A DNA stretch of 64,000 bases from Eremomyces bilateralis CBS 781.70 (taxonomy: Eukaryota): assembly GCA_010015585.1 (NCBI GenBank), contig ML975176.1. One strand, written 5' to 3'. Positions 38,000-51,421 of the stretch are shown piece by piece. The position numbers and the translations under genes were made by a program. The notes under the pieces were generated by a model. It did not search any database. It was not told the DNA's origin and was given only the letters and a program-made list of their open reading frames with translations. Positions within the stretch are counted from its first letter, which is position 1, and each line of letters begins with the position of its first letter.

Positions 38000-38032
38000 C
38001 GGTATGATCGGTATGATCGGTATGATCGGTAT
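38000..38032. repeat. (CGGTATGAT)x3.6 tandem repeat just upstream of the TF start codon
   Basis: Perfect 9-bp tandem units seen directly. Confidence 0.9.
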
Positions 38033-38999
38033 CAAGGATGAATACCTGCACAGTCTTCGGCTAGGTCGGTCTTGTTGTGTCCCGTTCACCGACACCAGCT
38101 CCACTCGGTATGAGAGTCGTGACTTGGGACCATGAGTTGCGAGAAGATCGTTGAAATGGAGTTGCCATGAAACCTGATGGATGATCAGTAATTAATCGAT
38201 ATAGGATTTAGGCCACGAAACGATAGCGAATCAATACGATTCAAGAGAGACGGCGCAATGAATTGGCCCGACTTGAGTTTACGTGTGGGTGGGAATAAGG
38301 AATGGCTGCAATTGGATCCTTTTCGTCATGAACTCGTACTCTATTCCATACATATTTACTTATGGGTCCAGGCATTGAATTTACCACCATTTACCAGGTT
38401 TTTCAGATGTTTGGACTCATACCTGCATGAAGCATTCCTCCAGCATCGAAGAATTCGAATCTGATTTTGCTTCAGAAGTAATACTCTCAGAGTTCATCAT
38501 GTGTGATTTGTATCATGTAACCCGTAGTGTGGTATTGGTATGCGGTACAGGCAGAGCTAATCAACGCTTCTACGGAAAGAATCCGGATATTGCTCCGGCT
38601 CATACATCACTCTCGTTGACCTAGCATCAAGTCGACATGGTCTGGGATCGTCCAGAAATGTACATAAATATGATATGAGAAAATTCGGCCCGTCCATCGA
38701 AGACTCGGGAGGAAAGTCGAGATCCCGCCCAAGAAAGCACGAAATTCATTCGATTGCGGGGCGGTCCAGAGAGATTTGGGAGACGCTCGCGACTCATTCT
38801 CTCGGATTTCTCTAGCCGTGTGGATGCGACCGCAAATCGCCTAACATGGCATTGGAAGGAAAGAATACTATGTGGGAGGGAAGATCCTGCACGACATTCG
38901 GCTGACTGGGTTTTGCTTCGTTGACAAGAGAAGTTGCCTTCATAGAGCAATTGGAAGACCGTACGCCGCGTCAATCGAGCGATATACCTGACATGATAT

Positions 39000-39278
39000 C
39001 TATCCTGAGCTGACAGGAGGGATTATAGCGACTTCATCTCCAGCTTGAAAGATGGTCGGATCGTCATCTTCAAGGTCGAGATATTCCAAATTTCTGGTCA
39101 CAGCGGAGCTATCGAGAACTGAAGCTTTCATTCCTGGATACATCTGGTCTAATACATCGAACAGTTCTCGGGAATTGAGAGGCGCATCAAGGTATTCCTC
39201 GGACTTGTTGGTGAAACTGGTAGCCGAGGCGAAATAGAGGATCTTGAATTGACCGGAAGGTTTCGTTTGGGAAGTCAT
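39000..39278 (-). CDS. cnxG: Molybdopterin synthase sulfur-carrier subunit (MOCS2A/MoaD-like)
   Basis: FKILYFASA N-terminus and C-terminal GDEVAIIPPVSSG. Confidence 0.9.
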   Translation of the reverse strand: MTSQTKPSGQFKILYFASATSFTNKSEEYLDAPLNSRELFDVLDQMYPGMKASVLDSSAVTRNLEYLDLEDDDPTIFQAGDEVAIIPPVSSG

Positions 39279-39943
39279 GTTCACCTAAGAAAGTTGTCAG
39301 CTTATGAATCCATTGAATATCAAACTTAAGCAACAATATATGTCTGATCAGATACCGTCGTAGAAAATTGTCAACAGGGGAGTGATGATCACTCTTCAGG
39401 TAATACATGCTATTTTCTTTTGCTCATCAAGAGACATGGACAATCGTCCTAGATGGAAAGGAAGTGGAATCTTACCTCAAGATAAGCAATTACTTAGATT
39501 CTCACAGCAACCAGTTAGAAAACTATATCCTTCTCTAGAAAGTGATCCGACAGTCATGGACTTGGAGTCATCGAGAAAGAATACATATCAGGAATTTCTA
39601 CAGAATTGCCATGGAATTTTTAGTGATGGAAGAATTTGCGTAGTTTAGGTTTGTGGAAGGAAATTGAGCGAGAGATGGTGAGATTTCTTGGGCACGTGAC
39701 TTTAGGAATGCACCGCCACATATGTGGCTGATCGCTTACCCTCCGACGCTCTGGCCAATTTCCTGGGGATGAACTTGAGGACACGACAACGACCATTACT
39801 TTGACAAAGACATACTTGCTCCGATCAACTTGGACCTGAACTTGAGACATCTACCCAACATCCTGTCTCTTTCTTAACGACTACTTTGAGACCCTTGAAG
39901 GGAACAGCTCCCGATCGGTGGAGCTGTCCATCCAGCCTCCACC

Positions 39944-42900
39944 ATGCAGTCCCCTAACATGCTAACGAAGGTATGGGAGCTTCCTTTAGTTAGGAATTGA
40001 TACTTACCTTTCCTAGTTTGAATCGAAGTCGTCGAGAGCCAAGGGAATCGCATTCCATCCGAAACGGTAAGCTCAATTCCTCCTTGAGAAGCCGTCAATA
40101 ACAGGATAGGCCATGGATTCTGGTTTCGCTACACTCGTCGACTATCCAGCTATGGGATTATCGGATGGGAACTCTAATCGATCGTTTCGAAGAGCATGAT
40201 GGTCCGGTTCGAGGGATTGACTTCCACAAAACCCAACCCCTCTTTGTTTCTGGAGGGGACGATTACCGTATCAAAGTATGGTCACATCAATCAAGACGTT
40301 GTCTCTTTACCTTGACGGGACATTTGGACTATGTTCGAACGGTGTTCTTCCATCATGAACTTCCATGGATCATTTCCAGCTCCGACGATCAAACCATAAA
40401 AATTTGGAACTGGCAAAACCGGTCACTCAGTATGTCTTCGACCAGGAATGGTACTAAAGGGTACTAACGGAATAGTTTGCACCATGACCGGACACAACCA
40501 CTACGCCATGTGTGCCCAGTTCCATCCCAAGGAGGATTTGGTGGTTTCCGCTTCTTTGGATCAGTCGGTGAGAGTTTGGGATATCTCGGGACTTCGAAAG
40601 AAACACTCCGCACCGACCACGATGACCTTCGAAGAACAGATCGCACGATCCAACCCGAACCAAGCCGATATGTTTGGAAATACCGATGCAGTGGTGAAGT
40701 TCGTTCTTGAGGGTCACGATCGAGGTGTCAATTGGGTGGCTTTTCACCCCACACTTCCTCTCATCGTTTCCGCAGGCGATGATCGATTGGTTAAACTCTG
40801 GAGGATGAGTGAGACCAAGGCATGGGAAGTTGACACCTGTCGAGGACACTTTCAGAACGTTTCGGCCTGTTCGTTCCACCCACATCAAGACCTCATCCTC
40901 TCCGTTGGTGAAGACAAGACCATTCGTGTTTGGGATCTCAACAAGCGTACGGCGGTTCAATCGTTCAAGAGGGAAAATGATCGGTTCTGGGTGATTGCCG
41001 CGCACCCGGAGATCAATCTTTTCGCCGCTGGCCATGACAACGGTGTGATGGTTTTCAAATTGGAGAGAGAGAGACCGGCTTCGGCTGTCTATCAAAATCA
41101 ACTCTTCTACATCACCAAAGAGAAGCATGTCCGGTCATATGATTTCTCCAAGAATATCGAATCTCCCTCCATGCTATCCTTGAAAAAGATTGGAAGTCCA
41201 TGGTTGCCACCAAGAACCCTTTCCTACAATCCGGCGGAGCGAGCCATTCTTGTCACATCGTCTGCTGATGGAGGATCATACGAATTGGTTGCACTTCCAC
41301 GGGATGCTACCGGAGCCATTGAACCGACCGATACCAAACGAGGTACTGGGAACTCTGCTGTCTTTGTGGCCCGAAATCGATTCGCAGTCTTCACAAAATC
41401 CAATCAGCAGATTGACATCAAAGACCTTGCCAATTCCACCACAAAAACGATCAAACCTCCTCCAGGAACGACCGATATCTATTTCGGTGGCACCGGATGT
41501 CTTCTCATGATCACCGCTACCTCTGTTGTTCTATACGACATTCAACAAAAGAAACAACTTGCGGAACTTCAAGTCAATGGAGTGAAATATGTGGTCTGGT
41601 CTAATGATGGACTTCATGCTGCACTCCTCAGCAAACACAATGTGACCATCGTTACGAAGTCATTGCAACAAATCAGCACTTTGCATGAGACGATTCGTAT
41701 CAAGAGCGCAACATGGGATGATGCTGGTGTTCTCCTTTACTCGACTTTGAACCACGTCAAATATACTCTCATGAATGGGTATGTTCAAACCCAATATTCA
41801 AGCCACATACTGACGTTTTAGGGACAACGGCATTGTTTGTACACTGGATCAGACGGTTTACCTCCAACGAGTCAAAGGAAGGAATCTGTACTGTCTTGAT
41901 CGATATGCGAAACCTCGAATCTTGGCCATCGACCCAACCGAGTACCGATTCAAGTTGGCCTTGGTCAAGAGAAATTACGACGAAATGTTGAACATCATCA
42001 AAACCTCGAGTCTGGTCGGCCAGAGCATCATTTCTTACCTTCAAAAGAAAGGATACCCGGAGATTGCATTGCAATTCGTGCAAGACCCACAAACTCGATT
42101 TGAGTTGGCACTTGAATGTGGCAATCTTGATGTCGCGGTCGAAATGGCCAAAGAACTGGATCGACCGAAACTTTGGACTCGTCTGAGTCTAGAAGCATTG
42201 GCACATGGCAATCATCCAGTGGTTGAGATGACTTACCAAAAGCTACGAAGTTTCGACAAGTTGTCTTTCTTGTATCTTGTGACTGGCGACAAAGATAAGC
42301 TTCGTCGAATGGCGAAGATTGCCGAACATCGAGGCGATACCAGTTCAAGATTTCAAAATTCTCTGTATCTGGGCGATGTACAGAATCGAGTCGAGTTGTT
42401 GAAGGAATTGGATCTATGTATGTTTTATGTTTTCAAGCCCGGTGCTTTGCTGACTTTTCAGATCCTCTTGCCTATCTTACGGCGAAATCGAATGGTCTCA
42501 GCGAGGAGTGCGAATCCATCCTTGAAGCCACCGGTATGACCGAGGATCAAATCAAACTTCCACCAATGGGCGAACCTACCTCCATACCGAAGCCGATCGT
42601 TCCAACGTTCACAAGTCCATGGCCTGCCAAGGTAACATCGACGTCCGCCTTCGAAACCGCTTTGCTTGGTCCAGGGGAGGAAGACGTTGTTGCAACCAAT
42701 AGCGAGGATCTTGAGGACGAGCCCGTGGAGCTGGAAGAAGGCGATGATGAAGATGCTGCAGGATGGGATATGGGTGAAGTTGATGTGGACACTTCTGAAG
42801 ATTTCATCAATGTCGAAAGTGCCGAGGCTGGTGCTGGTAGCAGTGAAGCCGACTTATGGACACGAAATTCTCCTGTTGCTGCCGATCATGCAGCGGGTGG

Positions 42901-43879
42901 TTCATTTGAGACGGCCATGCAATTGCTCAATCGACAAGTCGGTGCAGTGAACTTCTCACCCCTGGAAGATCGGTTCATGGAGATTTACCAAGCATCTCGA
43001 ACTCTGCTTCCCGCATCCGTTGGTTTGTCTCCTCTGGTCAATTATGTTCGGAGGACCGTCAATGAGACCGACTCGAGAAAACTCCTTCCCACCATCCCAA
43101 GAGATTTGGAGCATATCACCACGGTGGATCTTGTTGCAGGGAAGACTCAAATGCGGACGAACAAATTGGAGGATGGAGTCCGTACCTTCAAGGGTATCCT
43201 TCATGATGTGATGCTCAATGCTGTTGGAACACAATCGGAAGTTTCTGAGGTTAGTATCCCCACTTCGATCCCCTCTTTAATCCAACTGACAATCCAGGCC
43301 AAACAACTCATCCATACTGCCGCCCAATACACACTTGCCATGTCCATTGAACTCCAAAGGAGATCCTTGACTGGAACAAGCACCGATCTCTCCTCTTTCT
43401 CCGATGAAACGAAGAAGCGAGCTTTGGAGTTGTCGGCTTACTTTACTGTTCCCGAAATGGAACCTAATCATGTCACACTTGCCTTGTTTGCGGCAATGAA
43501 TTTGGCACACAAGAACAAGCAACTGTCTTCGGCCCTCAGTTTCGCCAATTCTGTCATTGAGAAAGGAACGAATGCTAAATTTAAGGAGAGCGTAAGTGTT
43601 TGCTTTGGTTTTTTGATCTGTACTTACACCCTACAGGCAAGGAAAATCAAGGCGATCTGCGAACGAAACCCCAATGACACCCTTGAAATCGAATTCGATC
43701 AATTTGCCGAATTCGATGTATGTGCTGCTTCATACACACCGATCTACAATGGGTCTCCAAGTGTTGCTTGTCCGTACGATGGGTCCAAATACCATCAAAA
43801 GTACAAGGGGACGGTATGTAAGGTTTGTGAGGTGGCCCAAATTGGTGCCCCAGCTAGTGGGTTGAGGTTAACGGTTTGA
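39944..43879 (+). CDS. COP1: Coatomer subunit alpha, multi-exon
   Basis: [36 protein letters not shown]..., WD40 repeats ([19 protein letters not shown]), [12 protein letters not shown], and C-terminal CPYDGSKYH...[10 protein letters not shown]. Confidence 0.97.
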
Positions 43880-45037
43880 TTTCATGGTCCTGGACGGGAG
43901 ATCAATGATCATGTTATGAAGCATGTCAAGGCGCCGTATTATCAAATAGCGTTCTAATAGTTCAAACTCGACCATGTTTTCTCGAGCGATATTCATACAT
44001 GCAGGTGGAGGTTGAGTCTGATGAAACAGTATGATTAGAACCAGGTAAATTCGGGCGTGTATCAGAGTGAGGACCGCATCGTTGAGCAGCGTTTTCAAGG
44101 TCCCCGCTTATGATGCGTTGATAATAATATGGTACTCTGTGCTTGTACCGGATCTAAGACTGGAATAAACCCAACACTTAGCCATTCTAATTCTATTTAG
44201 ACCATCTTAGCTGTATGCAACGTGACGGAGCCGCAATCTCGCCAAACCCGCCAAACCCAATTCTTCGTCTTCATGTCTCGGATTGATATCCAATGCGGGC
44301 TTGCGGAGGGATTAGGCGGGGCTACACGTCTTCATCCCGTCTCCGAAGCGTGCTGTACCGCACAATAGGAGTCCCGAAAACTGCAGGGAATCATCCTTCC
44401 GAAAAACGGAATCGAAGCATTCACAGGCGGCCACATCATCTGCCACCAAGTTTCTGCAGAGTTGGTCCTCTTCTCGACCAATCTCAAGCACGCAAGCAAG
44501 GCGAACAAGGGCAAGCAAGCTGTTTAGGCCTTAATGCAGCTGTGAGTCGCATCTAGTGGACGTGGATGCTGGGCTGAATTTTAGCCACGTTGGCGCAGAT
44601 TTCTTCTTCAACATTTTGTAATTTCGAACCAGCCGAGTCCTTTAAATCATCTGGTTCTTTCTCCTTTCCCTCTGATTTTATTCATGTGTGGCTTTCTCTA
44701 ACCTTTTCACTACTACAACTTATTGAGAACGTTCTACGCCGATTGAAATAGCCCGGCACAACGTTGAAGACCCGTGGTTCATCGTCTTTCTCCTTATCGA
44801 TCTCACGATCCCGAACCAGGAACTCATTCGAACCTGACCTTCATACAAAAAATGACTTTGATTCTACAGACCATTGATTCACCTATACCTCGATTTTTAT
44901 GGTTGCGCAGTGCGCTTCGGTGTCGATAATTTATAACTGGATTGTTCGATCCTAGGATCACTGGTTCCGATTGAACTTGGAATGATCATTCGGGGCTTAC
45001 GGAATGAAATCTAGGAAAATTCGAGGATGATAGCAAT

Positions 45038-46165
45038 ATGCGACACACTTCAAAAGCGAATTATCCCACAATGACGACCCATCGACCTTCGTCACCACCG
45101 ACCTCTCCGGACGACTCATTTCATTCAACCAAGACTCGTCCCGCCATGGCTCTGAACAAAAGGCAGGCTGGCATGTTCCAGTTCAGTCATTCGCCTCCTT
45201 CCGATGATCCAGGTTCTCTACCTAGACATGTATCTCTTTGGGGTTCTACACAAGGTCCGGGATCCACTCACCGTTCTCCATCACAAATGTCAATCAGTGG
45301 TTCGGAAGCTGAAGATGAGGATATCTCCGACTCAGATGAGGATAACTCTGAGGATGTCGAGGATATCTCCGACTCATATGTCTCCGACTCAGGTGAGGCA
45401 TTGGATGAAGACCTTATACATGAGGAACCTTTGACTATTCGAGATGCCATCCCTGAAATCGATGAGCACCTCTCCGATTCGTCAACTTCTTCACGGGATT
45501 TTCAACCATCGATCCATGTATTTGCGGATGGCAAACAACGATTCGCTACATTCACGGTTGAAGAAGTCCATACTGCCACCAATATTGCCGACGCCGAAGT
45601 TGTCCATCCCGATATCTCGGATGCTGAGACCGATCTCAATTCCAATCAAGATCGGAAGCGAAGAGAGAGCCGAGAGTTCTGTTCTAAGTTCTCTGGATTG
45701 CAGTGCCATGAAGAACATTCCGATGACAGCACCGACGGTGAAGACACGGAAATTCAACGTCGTCGACTTGAACGACAAAAACGCTGGAGTCAACGATCAT
45801 CTTATCAAAAGCGAACATACACCGAGAGTCTTGGTTCTTCAGGTAGTGATCGTGCCAGTTGTGAGATTGATCGAGATATGGTGGATGGACAAGGGATCAG
45901 TCGTAGCGAGAGAAGACTACGACGTCGTATTCGTGGACCAGGTGACACTAGTCGCTTTAGTCTCAATTCAGTCGATGAAGAAGTCTTCAACTTCTTTCAA
46001 CAAGGAGCTCTCCTTGCGGAGGAACCCGATGAATGGGATTTGAATACCGATTGCCCGTCAGGATATATGGGGGTAGAAAGAATAGCTGATTCGATGGATC
46101 GAGCATGGCAGGAGCTTCCATTCTGGCGGGTTGATCCGATGGTTATTGATGATCTGGAAACCTAA
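45038..46165 (+). CDS. Hypothetical acidic/Ser-rich, probably disordered protein
   Basis: Single 375-aa ORF with a duplicated EDISDS motif, basic patches (RRLRRRIRGP) and C-terminal LPFW. No recognisable domain. Confidence 0.6.
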   Translation: MRHTSKANYPTMTTHRPSSPPTSPDDSFHSTKTRPAMALNKRQAGMFQFSHSPPSDDPGSLPRHVSLWGSTQGPGSTHRSPSQMSISGSEAEDEDISDSDEDNSEDVEDISDSYVSDSGEALDEDLIHEEPLTIRDAIPEIDEHLSDSSTSSRDFQPSIHVFADGKQRFATFTVEEVHTATNIADAEVVHPDISDAETDLNSNQDRKRRESREFCSKFSGLQCHEEHSDDSTDGEDTEIQRRRLERQKRWSQRSSYQKRTYTESLGSSGSDRASCEIDRDMVDGQGISRSERRLRRRIRGPGDTSRFSLNSVDEEVFNFFQQGALLAEEPDEWDLNTDCPSGYMGVERIADSMDRAWQELPFWRVDPMVIDDLET

Positions 46166-47383
46166 AGCTTTTATTTCCTTTGTTTCTTTCTTTTCGGCCG
46201 ACACGGCTCCGAGACACACCTTGACACAATTGGACTCTTGTTGGTCAACGTCGCGTCAATGTTCATCAGGCACGGTACAGGAGGCCTTAAAAGCAAATGA
46301 GGATGATGGAACGCCTGATATGATCATTTTGATGGATGAAGAGATTCATGAGGTATAAGACATGAACCATGAGATGCATGGATACAGCTTGGGGCATCAG
46401 CGACTTTCTCATATTACATTGTCGCTTTCTCGTTGTGGCTCATGGTTGATGAAGAGATATGGGGTATCAGTTTGGTTCATGGTTTATGATATGGCAGGTA
46501 ATGGGTTTCTCTTCCGGAAAGATACCCTAGACTTGGATGTCATCAAGGCAATCAGTGTTTTCTTCTAAAATATCATTCCGTATGGATTCGGATTCCGGCT
46601 GTATGAATCGGCATAGAGTTCTGATTTGGCACTCGATGTTCCGTCCGGCTATTCTAGTATCCATGTGCCTAACCGATGTTAATGATGGAGGATGATGATC
46701 TATTTTGGGATTTGGGGGCTGCTGACAGGAAATCGACATTGAATAACAGGGGTGTGGTGAGAGGCTGTGTTTTGTTGGACGTTGGTGTTGATTGGTTCAA
46801 TTCTTCAAACATCCCGTTTTCAACTTCTCGGCTTCTTCTCCGACCGAAACACCAACTTTCCTTGACTTTGGTCGAATCATACTCCCAATTTCGACAAGGA
46901 GGTGGATATGTCTAGATCGTTACCAACCATCCACAACCCAGGAATAGAATTAAACCTTGAGCAGATCGAACACGGCCCCAATCTCCCGGATCGAGATGTA
47001 TTGCTCCATGGCTGTACTTGCACTGCCTTTGTATGTTCTGGAATTTGATTAAAGTTTAAAGTTTAAGCGTAGAGAATAAGCTTAGTTTAGCGCTATGTTG
47101 GTCCCCATAGAGTGGCGCTGTCATACAACCGCCTGCTTGTTGCTATCTTAGCATCCAGCGTCGAACAGGGCATAAGCGCGAAGATGGCCTTGTACCTGAC
47201 GGTCCGCCTTAAGGTGAGTTTGGATGACATTTCGGACAAGACAGTAAGCTATATAAGAGTGCTGTCTCCGCCTCTAGATGATTTGAATTCATTATCACCA
47301 GCCAGTCCTACCGACCAGATACTAGATATTCTCCAGTCTTCTCTCACTTATCTACTCTTACTCATCTACAATCAGTCAACACT

Positions 47384-48175
47384 ATGTCTTTCACCATCAT
47401 TAAACTCCTCATCGCTGCACTTGCAGCCGGTGCCACTGCTGCTCCGCAGCCAATCAGTCTTCGACAACCCCGTTCTGCCTCTGCAATCTCCCCTATCCCT
47501 CCAGCCCCTTCAGTCGACTTCACCAAGCTCCTAACCCAACCCACTCTAGTCGATCGCTTCAAGCAACTTGTCACTCGTGACGGCAAACTTCTTCCTGAAG
47601 ACGAACTACGTAGTGTCGTTTCTTTCGACTTCAACCCTCCGAAACCTGCACCAGGCGCGAAGGGAGGTGCCGTCAACCTCGCCAACACCAAGAATTGGCC
47701 CATCCTCGCCGAATCAGGAATTTCCGTTGCTGTTGGATTCCTCGGTGCTTGTGGCATCAACACCCCTCATGTCCATCCACGAGCTGCCGAACTTCTTACC
47801 GTCACTAGTGGTGAGGTGGACTTCGGTTATATCCTTGAGAACGGACTTGTCGATGCCGGTGAAAAATCGGAAATCGTTGGCAAACTTGGCCCACTTCAGG
47901 CCGCTTTGTTTCCTATGGGTAGCATCCATTATCAGGTCAATCCAACCTGTAATGATGCTACTTTCGTTGCTGCCCTCAACAATGAGGACCCCGGTGCATC
48001 TCAGATTGCACAGAACTTTTTCGGTTTGGATGGCGAGACAATCGAGGCGGTCCTCGGTTTCCCGGAACAATTTGATGGAGACCGTATTGAAGAATTCCGC
48101 AGCAAGATTCCTGCTAATGTTGCCCGTAACGTCGAGCAATGTTTGGAGAAATGCAAGATTCCCAAGAGGAAGTAA
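47384..48175 (+). CDS. Secreted spherulin-1/germin-like cupin
   Basis: Signal peptide, germin box GINTPHVHPRAAE, FPMGSIHYQVNPTC and NEDPG. Confidence 0.9.
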   Translation: MSFTIIKLLIAALAAGATAAPQPISLRQPRSASAISPIPPAPSVDFTKLLTQPTLVDRFKQLVTRDGKLLPEDELRSVVSFDFNPPKPAPGAKGGAVNLANTKNWPILAESGISVAVGFLGACGINTPHVHPRAAELLTVTSGEVDFGYILENGLVDAGEKSEIVGKLGPLQAALFPMGSIHYQVNPTCNDATFVAALNNEDPGASQIAQNFFGLDGETIEAVLGFPEQFDGDRIEEFRSKIPANVARNVEQCLEKCKIPKRK

Positions 48176-49854
48176 TGCCACTGTGAGATAGAATCTTGAT
48201 TTTTGGAGCATCAAGTCAATAGCGAGCATCGTCCTGGCGTTCCAATTTCGATGGGTGGTTTGTTTCTAGAACTACCGAGCCATTTACAGCTGTTTTTATT
48301 GGAGTCAGCGGTCTGAGTGCTCTATTGAAATACCCCTTTTAATTCTAGAGAATTCCATCCAGTTTCTCCTTCTTGTCCTTGTGTTACAACAATAAGTCTG
48401 ATGCCATGTATTGTGCACTCCACAGTACCGGACCCAATCCAATGATATTCACGTTTGAGATAGGAAGTTATCAGATCTTTTTCGTCTGAGTAACCACTAT
48501 AACTGTGTCTCAAGGATAGGGCAACAGAAGGAGTTGACCGTTCGCCGTTGACGGTCACTTGAACCAAAATTGAGTCATCTTTTCTTCGCAAAGACCGATC
48601 AAGTGCGCGGGATTGCTTTCCAAGGTGCCTAGCGGCATAGGGGTTTTCGACTGGACGTACCTCCATCCCAATAAAATTGCGAGGGTGAGAAACAGAACAA
48701 AGAGTCGAACTCTGGGAGAAGGAGACCTAGAGGCACCACATGGTGAGGCGATTGGCGAGGTTCCAATCCGGACTTTTGCAGGGAACCACGGGAGGTCTTG
48801 ATCAGCGGCTGCCGGCTAGCAGTATCATATCGATATTCTTGGAGAATACAAGTACCCTTAAAGTAGTACGTCACCTCTGCAAATTTGTATAGAACAAATG
48901 AGTGGACGTCAAAATAAAACCTTTTCTTTGAAACGCGAACCGTTAGTACGGGAAGTCCTTATTAATTCAACTGATCATAGTAGGAAACCTTTGCTTGTGA
49001 GTGGTGACACCATCGTACCCTTAACTATAGAAAAGTCAATCTTCAACCTCATGATCTTGAGTCTTGGCTGGTTCCCCGATCATTGCCTGATGTTGTCGAA
49101 GATCACCGCCATTATTCACATTCTGACCGTGAACCCCGCAAAACACCAACTGAATGGGGTCATTCGCCGATGTGGGTGTCGATCTCCCGGTTGTCCTCCA
49201 ATCGCCTCTCACGACGCTGTGCCTGAACACACCGTCCGGAGCAACTAACCTCTTCTCATCGATGGACCGATTTCCATCGTGATCCGTGACGATTAAATGT
49301 CGAGGTGGACTCTGCAGGGGAACATTCGTGGACAAATCGATATTGATGTGTTGGCAGCAATTCAGCAGAATGACTTCGAACAATAACCAGTATGGATATC
49401 AAAGACATTCTCTACCATCTCCAACCAATCCTTCATGATGCTGACATGGTTTACATCCAAGGCAGAGTTAGACAAGGGTCCTATCCTCTGACGACTCGCC
49501 ATGGTAGCTATTCCCACTACAAGGCGGAAGATCTGCCAGCTTTCTAACGCGACTGGTTCGGTTTCGTTGATGATCCCCAGTTCATTTTAATGGTCACATC
49601 GACCTGCAACTGTAGGACCTCGTCCGGCTCGACCACGGTTGACTTTGATGATCTTTCCGAGATACAGATGGCTCCGTACCCTGGCATGCACTTTAAGCTG
49701 GAGTTTTGGTTAAAGTCCTTCTATTCGCCTAGTTCTGATTTTGTAATCTGTCAAGTCTTTCTTCTGGCATCGATGATCAGCTACTCTGTGGGAATATTAA
49801 TTTGGTAAAGAGAACGATTAAAGGCAATCTATCAATCTCAACTCTCCAATCACG

Positions 49855-51242
49855 ATGTTGATTCGCGCCTTTGGTGTAGCTCTAGGGGCAACTCTTCTTT
49901 CTAATGTTATTGGAGCTCCAGCTGAGTATGTCGAGACTAGATTTCAACTACACTCAAGAGACTAACGTATACAGGTTCACCAACTTCAAACGCCAAGACG
50001 GTAATCCGTTGAAGTTCGACTATAACAACAAAGTTCAAGGTGTTAACCTTGGTGGTTGGCTTGTACTTGAACCTTGGATTACTCCATCCATTTTTGAGGA
50101 GTGGGCAGATAACCAAATCGTGAAAGACGAATACACTTTCAGTCAAGCTCTGGGTAAAGATGAAACCTTCCGTCGATTGAACGATCATTGGAATTCGTGG
50201 ATTACCGAAGATGACTTTCAGCAAATCGCTGCGGCTGGGTTAAATCATGTCCGAATTCCGATCGGATATTGGAGCGTCATCTCTCGTGATGGCGACCCTT
50301 ATGTCCAAGGGGCATATGAATTCTTGGGTCGTGCTCTCGACTGGGCACAAGGTGCCAGTCTTATGGTCATCATCGACCTCCATGGAGGTAAGCAAAGAAT
50401 TGAGCCGGGAGGATGGGACTGACATGTTTAGCTCCGGGCTCACAAAATGGCTTTGACAATTCCGGACAAATTGGGTCTGTCGATTGGACTCAAGGAGATA
50501 CTGTCAAACAGACTTTGAATGCTATAGCGAAAATTCGCGATGATCATGCCGACCATCCAGCCGTTGGTGGAATTGAATTACTCAATGAGCCTCTTGGACC
50601 CGTCTTGAATATGGACGTTGTCAAACAGTTCTATATGGATGGTTGGGGTCAGCTCAAAGGCTCACATGTGGTTGTACCATTCTCCGATGCTTTCATGGGA
50701 GTTGATAATTGGAATGATTGGGGTGACGGTATGTGGTCCCTGATGGTTGATACTCACCACTATGAGATCTTCGATGGACAGATTGCCTTGTCTCCTGATG
50801 AGCATGTCCAGTCCGCTTGTGGGTTCGGAAATCAAATGGCTTCGAACAATAAATGGACAATTTCTGGTGAATGGACGGGAGCCATGACCGACTGTGCGAA
50901 ATGGTTAAATGGTCTTGGGAGAGGAGCAAGATATGATGGTACCTTGGAGGGTGGCTCGTCATACGGCAGTTGTGATGGGAAGTATGTTGGGAGTGTCGCT
51001 AGTTTGAGTGAAGCGGATCGATCGAATATCCGGAGATATATCGAAGCACAATTGGATGCTTTCGAGAAAGCTTCGGGTTGGATCTTCTGGACCTGGAAAA
51101 CCGAGGGTGCACCGGAATGGGATATGCAAGACTTACTTGCTGGCGGACTTTTCCCACAGCCCCTTTCCGATCGTCAACGTAAGTCAATCCATTCAACATT
51201 CGGACATAACTAACTGTTGTAGACCCAGGACAGTGCGGTTAG
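49855..51242 (+). CDS. exgA: Glucan 1,3-beta-glucosidase (GH5 exo-1,3-beta-glucanase), 4 exons
   Basis: Signal peptide, GVNLGGWLVLEPWITPS, RIPIGYW, DLHG|APGSQNGFDNSG, NEP acid/base, GEW nucleophile and GWIFWTWK. Confidence 0.93.
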
Positions 51243-51421
51243 ACAAGACTCCCTGATGTTGGGAAGGCCTGCTTGGTTAGACATGTCATTATTTACGAAA
51301 TATAAAACCACAATCGTTTCCGCTATCTAGTCAACGGTTGACAAAGAATGTCTAGATAGGGAGGACCATCCGCTAGACTTGTGTATGAGTGTCAGCTCTG
51401 CATGCTCTTTCATTCTCTGAA

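Noticed and set aside
39000..39014. MOCS2A ending in SSG instead of GG
   Set aside because: As I recall, filamentous-ascomycete CnxG proteins normally end in PPVSSG, so this is not novel.
39693..39700. CACGTGAC upstream of alpha-COP (also GTCACGTG upstream of TED1)
   Set aside because: Single short motifs, which cannot be distinguished from chance without conservation data.
46680..46730. C/D snoRNA-like ATGATGA...CTGA
   Set aside because: The boxes are only ~35 nt apart and there is no terminal stem.
48300..49450. Short ORFs between the cupin and glucanase genes
   Set aside because: No recognisable motifs or convincing splice pattern.
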